A stretch of DNA of 64,000 nucleotides, taken from Bythopirellula sp. Lineage in GTDB: Bacteria; Planctomycetota; Planctomycetia; Pirellulales; Lacipirellulaceae. Where the stretch lies: positions 2,368,001-2,432,000 of the forward strand of contig OZ244170.1 in NCBI GenBank assembly GCA_965216565.1, given 5' to 3'. Shown here one piece after another: positions 52,434-63,589 of this stretch. Each line of letters opens with the position of its first letter. Within the stretch, counting starts at the first letter, position 1. The position numbers and the translations under genes are program-made. Under the pieces are notes generated by a model. It was given only the letters and a program-made list of their open reading frames with translations. It had not been told where the DNA came from and ran no database searches.

Positions 52434-52676
52434 ATGCAAGCAGACATTCATCCAGACTACCACGAAACTAGCGTCACCTGCGGCTGCGGAAACAGCTTCA
52501 CGACTCGCAGCACTCGCAAAGAGCTGAAAGTCGATATCTGCAATGCCTGCCATCCCTTTTACACGGGCAAACTAAAATTCGTCGATACCGCTGGGCGGAT
52601 TGAGAAATTCAAGAATAAGTTTGCGGGTGGCTATGCAAGTTTGAAGAAGGGCAAAAAAGCCAAAGCTGAAGAATAA
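52434..52676 (+). CDS. rpmE: 50S ribosomal protein L31 (Zn-binding type)
   Basis: [32 protein letters not shown]. Confidence 0.97.
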   Translation: MQADIHPDYHETSVTCGCGNSFTTRSTRKELKVDICNACHPFYTGKLKFVDTAGRIEKFKNKFAGGYASLKKGKKAKAEE

Positions 52677-52696
52677 CTTCGACTGACCAATTCCAT

Positions 52697-52734
52697 TGGC
52701 CATTGCAAATATGAGGTTTGCGATGGCCATTTTT
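52697..52734 (+). terminator. Intrinsic terminator after rpmE
   Basis: TGGCCATTGCAAA ... TTTGCGATGGCCA followed by T5. Confidence 0.7.
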
Positions 52735-52767
52735 GCGTTTAGCAACCTTCATTCGTGAATCACTAGC

Positions 52768-53841
52768 ATGCGCGAACTACTGGAAAAACAACTCGCCCGC
52801 TTCGAGGAACTCGAACGACAGCTGGTCGATCCCGAAGTCCTGGGAAACTCTTCGCAACTAGCGGCAGTTGCGCGCGAACACGGTTCGCTGGCGAAGCTTG
52901 CGGGAAAGTATCGGCGCTTCAAGGAGTTGAATCAAGAAATCAGCGATGCTCGCGAAATGGCGGCCAGCGAGGATGCTGAGATGCGCGAGTTGGCCGAAGC
53001 CGAAGCTGAGCAGCTCGTCGAAGAGCGCGAATCGCTTTGGAGCGAGTTGCTCGAAATGACACTGGGCGGAGCCGACGCCAATCGGACTCGCTGCGTGATG
53101 GAAATCCGCGCCGGCACAGGGGGCGACGAAGCAGCGCTTTTTGCACGTGACTTGTACGAGATGTACAAACATCATGCGGAAAGCAAGAAATGGAAAGTCG
53201 AGATTCTCGACCACAGCCCGACCGAACTGGGCGGATTCAAAGAAATCTCGCTCGCTCTCGAAGGGGAGGGCGTGTTTCGAGAAATGCAATACGAGAGCGG
53301 CGGTCACCGTGTGCAACGCGTCCCAGAAACAGAGACTCAGGGGCGCATCCACACCTCAGCGGCAACAGTTGCTGTGATGGCAGAACCGGAAGATGTGGAA
53401 GTCAACATTAAGCCGGACGATTATCGATTGGATAAATTCAGCGCCAGCGGACCCGGTGGTCAGCACGTGAACAAGACCGAAAGCGCGGTGCGACTAACGC
53501 ACCACGAAACGGGAATTGTCGTTCAATGCCAGGACGAAAAAAGCCAGCACAAGAATTTGGCCAAAGCGCTTCGCGTCTTGAAGAGCCGCGTCTACGAGGC
53601 CAAACAACAGGAAGAACAAAAGAAACGTGCTGACGAGCGTAAGACGCTCGTCGGCTCTGGCGATCGCAGCCAGCGGATCCGCACTTACAATTTCCCCGAC
53701 AATCGGGTCACGGATCACCGTATCGGGCTCACCATCCACAAACTCGACCAAATTATCGCCGGCAACATGCAGATGGTGACCGACGGATTGATCGAGTACG
53801 ACCGACAACAACTGCGAGACTCGTTTAGCGTGGACGACTGA
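52768..53841 (+). CDS. prfA: Peptide chain release factor 1
   Basis: VQRVPETE (PxT), [15 protein letters not shown]. Confidence 0.97.
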   Translation: MRELLEKQLARFEELERQLVDPEVLGNSSQLAAVAREHGSLAKLAGKYRRFKELNQEISDAREMAASEDAEMRELAEAEAEQLVEERESLWSELLEMTLGGADANRTRCVMEIRAGTGGDEAALFARDLYEMYKHHAESKKWKVEILDHSPTELGGFKEISLALEGEGVFREMQYESGGHRVQRVPETETQGRIHTSAATVAVMAEPEDVEVNIKPDDYRLDKFSASGPGGQHVNKTESAVRLTHHETGIVVQCQDEKSQHKNLAKALRVLKSRVYEAKQQEEQKKRADERKTLVGSGDRSQRIRTYNFPDNRVTDHRIGLTIHKLDQIIAGNMQMVTDGLIEYDRQQLRDSFSVDD

Positions 53842-53920
53842 TTTCCTCAGTTTGCAGCATGGACCGTTTGCAAACATTCCGTTGCTGGGGTGCATGTGCA
53901 ATGCCTATGATCGAAGTCAA

Positions 53921-54793
53921 ATGAATGACGAACCCTGGACCATTGGTCGGCTATTACAATGGACGACGGACTTTCTTCGCGAAAAGGGCGCTGACAATCC
54001 GCGGCTGGATGCAGAAGTCCTGCTAGCGCACGCCTGCGATTGTCCTCGCATCCAGTTGTATACCACGTTCGATGATGAGCCCTCGGAGCAAACACGCACT
54101 TCCTACCGCGAGTTGGTAAAGCGACGTGCCGCGGGCACCCCAGTTGCCTATCTAGTGGGGCATCGTGAGTTTTTTTCGCTCACCTTCGAAGTCACCCCCG
54201 ATGTGCTAATCCCGCGCCCCGAAACTGAGCAGCTTGTTGTGCGCGCGATAGATCTCGCAAAAGAAGCCCGGGTCGCTTCGATTGCTGACGTGGGAACAGG
54301 CAGTGGCATCCTCGCCGTATGTTGTGCAAAGCATTTACCGCTGGCCAGTGTGACAGCCATTGATATTAGCGCAACTGCCCTTGCAGTGGCCACCAGAAAT
54401 GCGGAGCGGCACAGTGTCGCCGAGCGAATCACATTCGTAGAGAGTAATCTGTTCGAGAACTTGCCAAACCAACAACAATTCGACCTGATCCTCAGCAACC
54501 CACCTTATGTTTCTACCGAGGAGATGGCTGAGCTTGATCCAGAAGTTCGCGACTTCGAGCCGCATCTCGCCCTCGATGGGGGAGTGCAGGGCATGGAAAT
54601 TGTTGAGAGGCTATTGAAGCAATCCGTGGATCGCTTACGTCCCGACGGTTGGCTTCTCATCGAAGTGAGCCCGATGAATGCCAAGCGAGTGGAACAGCTT
54701 GTCGACGAAATGACTGGCCTCAATCGACAAGCCACCCTTAACGACTTGGCAGGCCATGCCCGCGTGATTCAAGTAACCCGAGCTTCGTCCTAG
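53921..54793 (+). CDS. prmC: Release factor glutamine methyltransferase
   Basis: LIPRPETE, DVGTGSG, SNPPY; follows prfA. Confidence 0.95.
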   Translation: MNDEPWTIGRLLQWTTDFLREKGADNPRLDAEVLLAHACDCPRIQLYTTFDDEPSEQTRTSYRELVKRRAAGTPVAYLVGHREFFSLTFEVTPDVLIPRPETEQLVVRAIDLAKEARVASIADVGTGSGILAVCCAKHLPLASVTAIDISATALAVATRNAERHSVAERITFVESNLFENLPNQQQFDLILSNPPYVSTEEMAELDPEVRDFEPHLALDGGVQGMEIVERLLKQSVDRLRPDGWLLIEVSPMNAKRVEQLVDEMTGLNRQATLNDLAGHARVIQVTRASS

Positions 54794-55115
54794 GATTAGG
54801 AAATCTCGGCATCAGTAAAATATCCAGTTAAGCTACGAATATTTATTCTTTAACTTACATATCAAGTGCGACAGATTGTCGCCGATGTCTCTTGGGCGTC
54901 TCCTTTGCAAGTCACTTCTCGGGTTGCACATGGATCCTAATGGTAGAGAATAAACTGCAACTTATCTGCAGGGTGGAAACAGTTCCGCGAATTCTTTTGG
55001 CTATTTTGCAGGTACGCAATTTTGCAGGTACTCTGACGCTTGAATGGTCTTGTAAGTCAAGTTGTATCGCAATTCCCTATAAAGAAACGCAATAACAAAG
55101 AGAGTTGGTGTCACT

Positions 55116-55601
55116 ATGTCCACGCCTAAACCTCCTCCATCGCCACTCCCAGTTCCTCCCCAAAAACCTTTGCCTCACCCTGGCCCCCAGCCTCCCCCAT
55201 CGGTGCCCGTCCCACCAAGTCCACGTCCACCAAAGCCGAAACCGGTGATGGATGCAGCCGTCGATTGGTTGGTTTCCAAGGCTACGCAAATTGATCCCGC
55301 GTGGCATGTTAAGAATTCACACCTTCGACGAATTGGCTTCAGCCAACCGGCTTTGCAATCGGTGCCCGATCCTGATCCTAAGAGACCGAATCCCGCAATC
55401 GAACCGGGAACCGACGTGCCCAAACCCTCCGAGCCCACGAAAGATTCGCCCAGCCCCAGCCAATCGCCCAGCAGCCCTCGACCGAGTAGCACACCTCCCA
55501 CCGATCCGGGACCCAACTCTCCAGGGCCAGAAACTCCTGTGTTTTTTCTACCTCCGCTCCGCCCCACGAAAAAAATCCGAAGCCGATACATAAGCACATG
55601 A
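55116..55601 (+). CDS. Proline-rich hypothetical protein
   Basis: 161 aa low-complexity ORF, co-oriented with the downstream genes. Confidence 0.45.
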   Translation: MSTPKPPPSPLPVPPQKPLPHPGPQPPPSVPVPPSPRPPKPKPVMDAAVDWLVSKATQIDPAWHVKNSHLRRIGFSQPALQSVPDPDPKRPNPAIEPGTDVPKPSEPTKDSPSPSQSPSSPRPSSTPPTDPGPNSPGPETPVFFLPPLRPTKKIRSRYIST

Positions 55602-55679
55602 ATCTAAAGCTGCTCTTATCACGACGTGATGCCCCTTTGTTGTAGATTCGATCCACCCTTTTCGATTTATTGAACTTTC

Positions 55680-56924
55680 ATGAAACCGATATATCTCGCA
55701 TCTGTTGTTTGGTTTTTCTTCGCGGCCATTCCTGTAATGGCTCAAGACAGTTCGAATACCGAATCTGGCGAAGAGGCTAATAATGCCCAGACCGAAGAGC
55801 CCGATGTTGTTGAAAAAGTATCCGTCAACGAAGTGACGCCCGACGGTGCCATCCGGGATCGGCTTGTCAATATCTTAGCTGCGACGGAATGGTTCGAGGA
55901 TATCGAGGTTGATGTCCGCGACAGTGTCGCTTTTCTCGATGGCAAAGCCACAGATGACGAACAAAAGGAGTGGGCCGGACAATTGGCTCGAAATACCGAG
56001 GGCGTCGCTGCGGTGGTGAATCGGATTGGCGTTGAAAAAACGGTAGACTTTCCGGGAGCCTTTGACGTAGTCACCAGCAGTGTAAAGAGCCTTTGGAAAG
56101 ATTTTCTGGCGCGCTCGCCACTTATCCTGGCTGGTGTCCTCGCTCTGCTTGTGACAGGACTAATTAGCAAAGCTGCGGGTTTCGTCGTGAAGCGACTCTC
56201 CCAAAGAAGCCGCCTCCGCACCAGCTTACAAGACTTAATTCTGCAGCTGTTCACAATCGGAATATGGACTGCAGGGCTACTGGTGGCCGCCGTCATCATG
56301 TTTCCAGGAATGACCCCAGCCAAGGCACTCACCGTGCTGGGACTGGGTTCGGTGGCGATCGGCTTTGCTTTCAAAGATATCTTTGAAAACTTTTTCGCTG
56401 GCATTCTAATCCTGTGGAAGTATCCCTTTGATCGAGGCGACTTCATCGAGTCGGGTAATGTCAACGGACGCATCGAAGAGATTACGATCAGGAACACGAT
56501 GATTCGGCAAGTCGACGGGCAACTTGTGGTGGTGCCCAATGCAATGCTTTTCAAGAATGCAGTAGATGTTCTTACCAATCGTTCGTCCCGCCGCACCACC
56601 GTCATGTGCGGGGTGGCCTACGATACGAATTTGGATCAGGCCCAGGAAATCCTAGAGAACACGCTGAAAGGCTGTGAAACGGTCCGCGAGGGACAGGCCG
56701 TAGAAGTTTTCGCACGCGAGTTTGGCGATTCGAGTATTAATTTCGAACTAACCTGGTGGACCGGTTCCACTCCGCTTGATATTCGAAAGTCGCAGGATGA
56801 GGTGGTTCGTGCTGTAAAACTTGCCTTGGACGAAGCAGGCATTGAGATTCCATTCCCACAACGTACTCTCTGGTCCCCGGATCCATTACGGATAGAACAG
56901 TCAAATCAAACCTCTGCAGAGTGA
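55680..56924 (+). CDS. BON domain plus MscS-family mechanosensitive channel
   Basis: Signal peptide, BON-like ...EGVAAVVNRI, GFAFKDIFENFFAG, VPN, FGDSSINF, IPFPQR. Confidence 0.9.
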   Translation: MKPIYLASVVWFFFAAIPVMAQDSSNTESGEEANNAQTEEPDVVEKVSVNEVTPDGAIRDRLVNILAATEWFEDIEVDVRDSVAFLDGKATDDEQKEWAGQLARNTEGVAAVVNRIGVEKTVDFPGAFDVVTSSVKSLWKDFLARSPLILAGVLALLVTGLISKAAGFVVKRLSQRSRLRTSLQDLILQLFTIGIWTAGLLVAAVIMFPGMTPAKALTVLGLGSVAIGFAFKDIFENFFAGILILWKYPFDRGDFIESGNVNGRIEEITIRNTMIRQVDGQLVVVPNAMLFKNAVDVLTNRSSRRTTVMCGVAYDTNLDQAQEILENTLKGCETVREGQAVEVFAREFGDSSINFELTWWTGSTPLDIRKSQDEVVRAVKLALDEAGIEIPFPQRTLWSPDPLRIEQSNQTSAE

Positions 56925-57009
56925 TCTGTAGTAGCATGCGTTTTGCAACTCTCTCTCAACGTGCATTTTGTTGCATACGACATATAAAACGATTGTGAGC
57001 GAAACCACG

Positions 57010-57609
57010 ATGAGCGCTGAAGAGAAATTCCCAAATTTATTGGTTGTTATTGGCGCATCTGCCGGAGGCCTGCAACCCATCAAGACTATTCTTGGTGAGT
57101 TACCAGAAGATTTGCAAGCCACAGTGATTGTTGCCACGCATCGAGACCCCGCACTTCACGACAACGTACTTGCCGATATCCTCGAGCGAGCCACAGACAT
57201 GGATGTTCAGGAGCCATTGGAAAACGATCACCTCAATTGCGCGACCATCTACGTGGGTAAGCCGAAAGATACGGTATCTGTGGAAGGAAAGAGTATTCAT
57301 CTCAAGCGACTTTTTGATGCTTTTGGTCGGCTTCATCGCATAGATGATTTATTCCTATCTGCAGCAGAAAGTGCTAGAGAGAATACAGTGGGAATCATCC
57401 TTTCTGGAATGCTGTACGACGGCGTACAGGGTCTAGAGGCGATCGCCGATGAAGGTGGCAAGTGTATCGTTCAAGATCCCGCTGAGGCACGGTTTGATTC
57501 GATGCCAAAAAATGCCTTAGCGGCAGTCGATGTCGATTTTGTGGGCTCAGCCGAAGAGATTGCCGAGCTGTTGATCCAACTTGCTGCGGACCGAAGTTGT
57601 CAAGGATGA
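57010..57609 (+). CDS. Stand-alone CheB-type methylesterase
   Basis: IGASAGG, H, ILSG..DG..GL, VQDP..A.FDSMP. Confidence 0.85.
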   Translation: MSAEEKFPNLLVVIGASAGGLQPIKTILGELPEDLQATVIVATHRDPALHDNVLADILERATDMDVQEPLENDHLNCATIYVGKPKDTVSVEGKSIHLKRLFDAFGRLHRIDDLFLSAAESARENTVGIILSGMLYDGVQGLEAIADEGGKCIVQDPAEARFDSMPKNALAAVDVDFVGSAEEIAELLIQLAADRSCQG

Positions 57610-57740
57610 TTAGCTTATCAGCGGTAACAACTGAGTTCGGCCAAATGAAGCACTTCTCAGTTCCCTACTGACATCAACACTCATCAATGCCGACGGCTGC
57701 ATAGAGTAATGCCCACCCACATCAGCGAGATTCCTGCTGC

Positions 57741-59102
57741 ATGAGAACCTATCTGCTTCATCTCTGGGATACTATCCGGACCAGCTATTGGTTCGTTCCT
57801 TCATTATTCGCAATTTCGGCAATCGTGCTTGCAACAGTTCTTCCACTGCTTGATGAGCACTTTGTGAGTTCCGAAAGAGAACTTCCCGAATGGGTTTTAA
57901 CGACCACCGATACTGCTCGCACTACGCTCTCAGCGATGGCAGGAGCCATGATCGCTGTTACCGGTACCGTGTTCTCGATCACGATTGTCACTCTATCGCT
58001 AACTTCTCAACAATTCGGACCCAGGCTGCTTCGGCGGTTCATGTACGACTTGGCAACGCAGTTGACTCTGGGTTTGTTTCTATCAACGGGATTTTACTGT
58101 TTGCTAATTTTAAGAGTTGTCGAAAGCAAAGAGGATGGCCTTATTGCTCCCCACATTTCTGTACTCGCCGCCGTGGGGTTCGCAGTCTTAAGTATGGGGA
58201 TGCTGATCGTATTCATTCATCATATCGCGATGCTTATCCAGGCTCCTAATGTGGTTGCGGCTGTAGCCGATGACTTAGACGACGCCATCGTGCGACTCTT
58301 TCCAGAGAAAATTGGCGAAGCACTTTCCGAGAGCGAGGAAAAACTAGAAGATCGACCTGAGTTCAAGAAACTTGCAGCCAAAGACCCATTCATCGTAAGA
58401 TCAAATTTGATCGGGTACGTCCAGGCGATCGATGGAAAAGGTCTCATCGAGCAGGCGATTGAAAAAGATCTGATTATCAATCTCCGCTCCCAACCGGGTC
58501 ATTTCATATCAGAAGGCACCACGCTTGCCGAAGTATGGCCTGCAAAGACCCGAGATTCTGAGAAGCTTGACGAAGAGGAACTCTCAGAACTGCTGAATGA
58601 GACCTTCATCACTGGAGTCCGCAGGACGCCCAGGCAGGATTTGAACTGCGCCGTCGAAGAATTAGTTGAAGTGGCTGTACGCTCGCTGTCGCCTGGTATT
58701 AACGATCCCGTCACGGCAATGAATTGCATCGACTATCTTGGCGCAGCACTTAGTCAGCTGGCAGAAAGAAAGCTTCCGGGAGCATATCGCTGCGATCAGG
58801 AAGGTCGGCTACGCGTTATCGCACGACCTCTTGAATTCTCAAATGTAATTGATGCCGCCTTTAATCAGATTCGACAGTATGGCCGTGATAGCGTGGCAGT
58901 CATAATTCGTCTTCTAGAAACATTGACCTTCGTCGCAGAACACATTTCTCGTGATGAAGATCGAGCGGCGGTAAAGCGTCACGGGGAAATGATCTTCCAA
59001 ACGGCCGAGAGCATTCCGCAAGAATTCGATCAGAATGATATCCACGAACGATACGAAGCTCTTAAGAAAGCATTGGAGAAAAAGGCCAACTGTGCTGAAT
59101 AA
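57741..59102 (+). CDS. DUF2254 membrane protein
   Basis: SYWFVP, SQQFGPRLL, RSLSPGINDP.TA. Confidence 0.88.
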   Translation: MRTYLLHLWDTIRTSYWFVPSLFAISAIVLATVLPLLDEHFVSSERELPEWVLTTTDTARTTLSAMAGAMIAVTGTVFSITIVTLSLTSQQFGPRLLRRFMYDLATQLTLGLFLSTGFYCLLILRVVESKEDGLIAPHISVLAAVGFAVLSMGMLIVFIHHIAMLIQAPNVVAAVADDLDDAIVRLFPEKIGEALSESEEKLEDRPEFKKLAAKDPFIVRSNLIGYVQAIDGKGLIEQAIEKDLIINLRSQPGHFISEGTTLAEVWPAKTRDSEKLDEEELSELLNETFITGVRRTPRQDLNCAVEELVEVAVRSLSPGINDPVTAMNCIDYLGAALSQLAERKLPGAYRCDQEGRLRVIARPLEFSNVIDAAFNQIRQYGRDSVAVIIRLLETLTFVAEHISRDEDRAAVKRHGEMIFQTAESIPQEFDQNDIHERYEALKKALEKKANCAE

Positions 59103-59123
59103 GACCCCAAGTCTCGGTTCAAT

Positions 59124-60545
59124 CTATTGGCGACCGAGTTCCTTGACCTGCCGAGCTTCCGGACGCTCTTTGTAAAAACTATCCAGCGGATAGCAGCCCG
59201 AAACCATGCCGTTGCGTGGTGCCGTGGTGCAATCGCTAAATGTGCGACAGATCTTCTTCCGCTGATATGGTTTTCCGGCCAGCACGGCAACGGGCAATTC
59301 GGGATAAGAGAGAACCATTCGGCCTAGTCCCACCGAATCGACCATTCCTTGCCGAACTACGCTTTGAGCGACGTGTCCCAACCAATCTTGTAAGTAGCTG
59401 TAGCCCGAACCAACGACGATCAACTCTGGGTGACGTTTCTTGAGTTGGGCAGTCGCGTTGATCTGACGCGCCACACCAATCAGTGGGTCCTCAGGTGGCA
59501 GATAACCGTCCGAGGGCGGAAATGCTGCGGGCCGTAAGATATGGGGATTGTAATAAGGACTCCCTGCCGAGGTGCAAACGAGCTTAATCCTAAGTTCACT
59601 TAACAAAGTCATGAATTTTTCTGGCTCCGTCAAGTCGATGCCCTGCCCACTGCCATCTCCTCCGAAAGCGTAATCGTAAGAGTTCCCGTGTGACGGCACG
59701 CCCACTTCATCTGCGCCCCGTTGGAAGGGAATAAAATCGAAGATGCTGACTCTCACCCCCAATTCCAAGCCCGGAGCCTCAGATCGGATCCCCGCACAGA
59801 TTTGTCGTAGAAAATTCGTTCGACCTTCGAAACTTCCTCCGTAACGACCGGTTCGGTCGAAAGCAGACAATAGTTCGTGCCCCAAATAACCGTGACAGTG
59901 CTTGATGTCGACAAATGAATAGCCGGCCTGTTGAGCTAGTTTTGCTGCATCTACGAAATCGTCTACTAAGCGGTCTAGCTCTTCGTCTGAGAGCACAGGT
60001 GCTTCATCTTTCACCCCAACTCGTGCATCGAGAATAGGATGAGGGTAGGCGATTCTAGGTTCCGGCAAATCTTTCTTATTGGGTCGGGCGAATCTGCCTG
60101 AATGGGTTAACTGGAGCCCCACCAACAGATCGTTGACCTGGCCAATACTATCTTGGTGAGCTTGTTCTAGCTCAATCCTCAAAGACTCAATGGAACTAAC
60201 GGTCGAATCGTTGATTAAGAGTTGGTTCGGGTTGGCTCTACCGTCAGGGCGAACTGCCACTGCTTCGCCGCCCCAAATCAACTTGGCTCCACTCTTGCCG
60301 AAGTTTCGCCAACGCCTGCGGGTCAGCTCGGTCGGTGTGCCGTCCCGCTCGCCATCCCAGCCCTCCATAGGCAAAATGCAAAAGCGGTTGCCAATTTTCT
60401 GATTCCCTAATTCAAGTGAGCTCGCCAGCGGTGCATCGCTGTTGGTCTGTAATTCCTCATCAATAGGAATATTGATTCCCAGCGACGCTTCGTGGTCGCG
60501 GAAAGATTCGACCGTCTTGATACTGGCAATTTTGGGGAAGCTCAC
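59124..60545 (-). CDS. NADH:flavin oxidoreductase (Old Yellow Enzyme-like)
   Basis: [37 protein letters not shown]. Confidence 0.88.
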   Translation of the reverse strand: MSFPKIASIKTVESFRDHEASLGINIPIDEELQTNSDAPLASSLELGNQKIGNRFCILPMEGWDGERDGTPTELTRRRWRNFGKSGAKLIWGGEAVAVRPDGRANPNQLLINDSTVSSIESLRIELEQAHQDSIGQVNDLLVGLQLTHSGRFARPNKKDLPEPRIAYPHPILDARVGVKDEAPVLSDEELDRLVDDFVDAAKLAQQAGYSFVDIKHCHGYLGHELLSAFDRTGRYGGSFEGRTNFLRQICAGIRSEAPGLELGVRVSIFDFIPFQRGADEVGVPSHGNSYDYAFGGDGSGQGIDLTEPEKFMTLLSELRIKLVCTSAGSPYYNPHILRPAAFPPSDGYLPPEDPLIGVARQINATAQLKKRHPELIVVGSGYSYLQDWLGHVAQSVVRQGMVDSVGLGRMVLSYPELPVAVLAGKPYQRKKICRTFSDCTTAPRNGMVSGCYPLDSFYKERPEARQVKELGRQ

Positions 60546-60556
60546 GGACAATTCCT

Positions 60557-61192
60557 TTATTCATCAGTCGCCAGTTTCACAGCCTCACGAGCCAATTGCT
60601 CGATTTGGGAAAAGTCGCCTGCTGTGATGAGATTGGATTTCACCATCCAACTACCGCCACAAGCGATCACGCTATTGATTGCCAAATAGTCTCGCAAGTT
60701 ACCGGCATGAATTCCCCCAGTAGGGATGAATCGGACCATCCCGTAAGGAGCAGATATCGCCTTGAGAGTCGCAACTCCCCCGCAACCCTCGGCAGGGAAA
60801 AACTTGACGACGCTTAGTCCCAGTTCCATTGCCATCTCAACGTCCGTGGGCGTGCTGATGCCGGGAAAAATAGGGAGCTCAATTTCCTGGCAATGACGCG
60901 CTACGGTTGGGTTGAACCCCGGTGACACAGCGAATTTCGCCCCTGCATCTAAGGCTCTATCTGCCTGCTCCGTGGTTAAGACCGTTCCCGCACCAACCAG
61001 TACGTCATCGCGTCTAGCCATCGTTCGTATCGACTCTTCCGCAGCCTCCGTACGGAACGTCACTTCAGCGACAGGCAATCCACCGGCGACCAATGCGTCG
61101 GCCAATGCCCCCGCATCCGTCGAGTTTTCCAAAGCAATCACCGGGATTACTCTTAGCTCACTTAGTGTTTCAACAATGATGTCGGTTTGCAT
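60557..61192 (-). CDS. eda: KDPG/KHG aldolase
   Basis: EVTFRT, GAGTV, VSPG, KFFPA, PTGGI. Confidence 0.95.
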   Translation of the reverse strand: MQTDIIVETLSELRVIPVIALENSTDAGALADALVAGGLPVAEVTFRTEAAEESIRTMARRDDVLVGAGTVLTTEQADRALDAGAKFAVSPGFNPTVARHCQEIELPIFPGISTPTDVEMAMELGLSVVKFFPAEGCGGVATLKAISAPYGMVRFIPTGGIHAGNLRDYLAINSVIACGGSWMVKSNLITAGDFSQIEQLAREAVKLATDE

Positions 61193-61219
61193 TGTGTAGG
61201 ACTCTGCTAGTAAGTTCTG

Positions 61220-62002
61220 TTATAGACGGCTTACCGTGAGGCCCCCATCAACGGGAATCACCGCTCCCGTCGAATAGGAAAGCGCACCGCTAGCCAGAAT
61301 CGAAACGGCCCGTCCCACATCGTCTGGTTTGCCCCAGCGGGGATCGATAGTGAGCCCAGACGCCAACAACTTGTCGTATTTTTCACTAACGCCGGCGGTC
61401 ATGTCGGTTTTGATGATCCCTGGTCGTACTTCATAGACGGGTATGCCATACTCGCCTAAGCGCATTGCCCACAACTGCGTCGCCATGGCGACACCTGCTT
61501 TGGAAATGCAGTATTCCCCACGGTTCACAGAAGCAATGGCCGCGCTGATCGACGATACGTTGATAATCGAGCCTTGAAATTGCTCATTCTGCTGACGTTG
61601 TTCGACCATCCAGCGAGCGACGCGCTGCGTGAGAAAATAAGGCCCCCGCAAATTGATCTTCATGAGGCGATCGAAACTCTCTGGAGTTGCTTCCATCACG
61701 TCGGTACGTTGCTCGGGTGCCACTCCCGCATTGTTGACCAGTACATCCAGCCGCCCGAACTTTTGCTCAACCTCGTTGATCATCCCTTCGTGTTCAGCGA
61801 GTTCGCCGATGTCAGATTGGCAATAGAGGGGCTCTCCACCCAGTTGCTCGAGTTGCCCTAGCACTTCGCTCACATCATTGGCGGGGCGTCTGCCATTTAT
61901 AACCACGCGCAGTCCATCTCGTGCGAGGTGTTTGGCAATTCCAAAACCGATCCCGCGGCTACCACCGGTAATAAGCGCAACTCTCTTCTCTCCACTCTTC
62001 AT
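61220..62002 (-). CDS. Short-chain dehydrogenase/reductase
   Basis: TGGSRGIG, NNAG, YCISK. Confidence 0.93.
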   Translation of the reverse strand: MKSGEKRVALITGGSRGIGFGIAKHLARDGLRVVINGRRPANDVSEVLGQLEQLGGEPLYCQSDIGELAEHEGMINEVEQKFGRLDVLVNNAGVAPEQRTDVMEATPESFDRLMKINLRGPYFLTQRVARWMVEQRQQNEQFQGSIINVSSISAAIASVNRGEYCISKAGVAMATQLWAMRLGEYGIPVYEVRPGIIKTDMTAGVSEKYDKLLASGLTIDPRWGKPDDVGRAVSILASGALSYSTGAVIPVDGGLTVSRL

Positions 62003-62049
62003 TGAATACTCGTGTCGCTTCTTCGGTTATTGAGGTTCAGACTAGTCGA

Positions 62050-63438
62050 TTACGAACAGTCGGGGCCAAAAAATGTGTAGTAGGGTTCGTCGTTTGCGAG
62101 CCGCTGAACGTAAAGAGCCGCCTCGCGAAGATGATAGTCTCCCCACATACATGCCTCACCACAGGGTGAAGTACGACCCTCGGGGATGTGGTCCCAGCCA
62201 TTGGGGCGGTGGTAAATGGAATGGAGCAGAAGTCCTTCATGAGACGCTTCCGTAGACAAATATGGCTCTGCGATCAGCGTCTTGAATACCGTTAGCCCCG
62301 CCTGATTGTATCGCTTTGCTTTCTCGGTTTCACCCTTTGCTTGAAGCAATCTGCCTAACCGTAAAAGCCCCTGGCATGCAATCGCGGCGGCAGAGCTATC
62401 GACTGGCTCAATGTCGTTGAAGGGGTCAGCCGGTCTGTCGAGGTGGTCCTCGAGTTCAACCAGACCAGGGGCGCCGGTATCCCAGTAAGGAACTCCGCAG
62501 GTGGGCGTGTTCTCAATGTAGAAATCACAAGTGGCGCGAGCTGCTTTGAGGAAAGTGTGTTCAACCTCTGTTCTGCCACCGTGGGGTGACAATGCCTCGT
62601 CTGAAATAGTCGCCATCCATTCGAGAAGCTCGGCAAAACCTAGCATCGCCCACGACAACCCACGAGTCCAAGTGGTGAAGGGGGAATATCCTTGCTGTGT
62701 CGATGGGCAACGATAGTCGCCACTATTCGTATTGAAAAGCGATTCGTGCGCCGTGCGCCCACGAACATCGTAGAGGTCTCGCTCCTCTCCGTACCAAATA
62801 TTGTACTTTGCTGTCGCCTGGGCATGAGCAATGATTCGACCTAGTAGGCAAATCGGCTCGTCGCGCTCGCCCATCATTTGGTGATTCAACCGATAGGCCA
62901 TTGCCAGGGCTCGACACGATCGGATCGTGTCGACAAACAATGACTGCGGGCCATTGAACGAGTAGATATAGCCTCCGCCATCTCTAGTTTTCGCCCAACG
63001 CGAAGCCTGCACAGAGCCACTTACTTTGATTGCTAACTCGTAGAAATTTCGCTCCCAGGAAGATTCTTCAACTCGCCCCTCATTCATCAAACGCAGTAGC
63101 GCACCATACGTACTGACGTTGTTGAATCCATGGTCATGGACACCCGTGTGAGTCACGTGCGATGTCATCATCGTGGATACGCGTTGCCGACCACGTTCTA
63201 GCCACTGCTCATCGCCCGTAGCGTCAAACTGGAGTATTAACGATCCATATTGAAAACCCTGGGTCCATTCGGTCCACCCTTGAGGTTGGTACACCCCGGC
63301 CACAGTAAACACGGGCGTCTGCAGACTCTCTTCGCTTCGCTGCTCAATAAGAGGCAGCTTCTCAGCCGAGGCTTCCCAAAGTGTGTTTACGCCTGGGAGT
63401 AAATCGGGGGGCGACAGGCTATTATTGATTTCAATCAT
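62050..63438 (-). CDS. Glycoside hydrolase family 88-like (unsaturated glucuronyl hydrolase)
   Basis: WTQGF, HDHGF, QGYS..TTWTRGLSW, PYWD, DSSAAAI, WGDY. Confidence 0.8.
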   Translation of the reverse strand: MIEINNSLSPPDLLPGVNTLWEASAEKLPLIEQRSEESLQTPVFTVAGVYQPQGWTEWTQGFQYGSLILQFDATGDEQWLERGRQRVSTMMTSHVTHTGVHDHGFNNVSTYGALLRLMNEGRVEESSWERNFYELAIKVSGSVQASRWAKTRDGGGYIYSFNGPQSLFVDTIRSCRALAMAYRLNHQMMGERDEPICLLGRIIAHAQATAKYNIWYGEERDLYDVRGRTAHESLFNTNSGDYRCPSTQQGYSPFTTWTRGLSWAMLGFAELLEWMATISDEALSPHGGRTEVEHTFLKAARATCDFYIENTPTCGVPYWDTGAPGLVELEDHLDRPADPFNDIEPVDSSAAAIACQGLLRLGRLLQAKGETEKAKRYNQAGLTVFKTLIAEPYLSTEASHEGLLLHSIYHRPNGWDHIPEGRTSPCGEACMWGDYHLREAALYVQRLANDEPYYTFFGPDCS

Positions 63439-63589
63439 TGGGAGCTTGATAAATCTACGAATTCAGCTGAATACAACCTCTTCGGCTCACAAAAGCTTGC
63501 GGTTTTCTAGGATATTTGCATTTCATTCGGGTGTCTTGGATAATCGGATATAGTGGACTTTGCAATTCGGGCATTCAACCATTATTCCT

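Noticed and set aside
55742..56605. 287 aa minus-strand ORF
   Set aside because: Antisense shadow of the MscS gene
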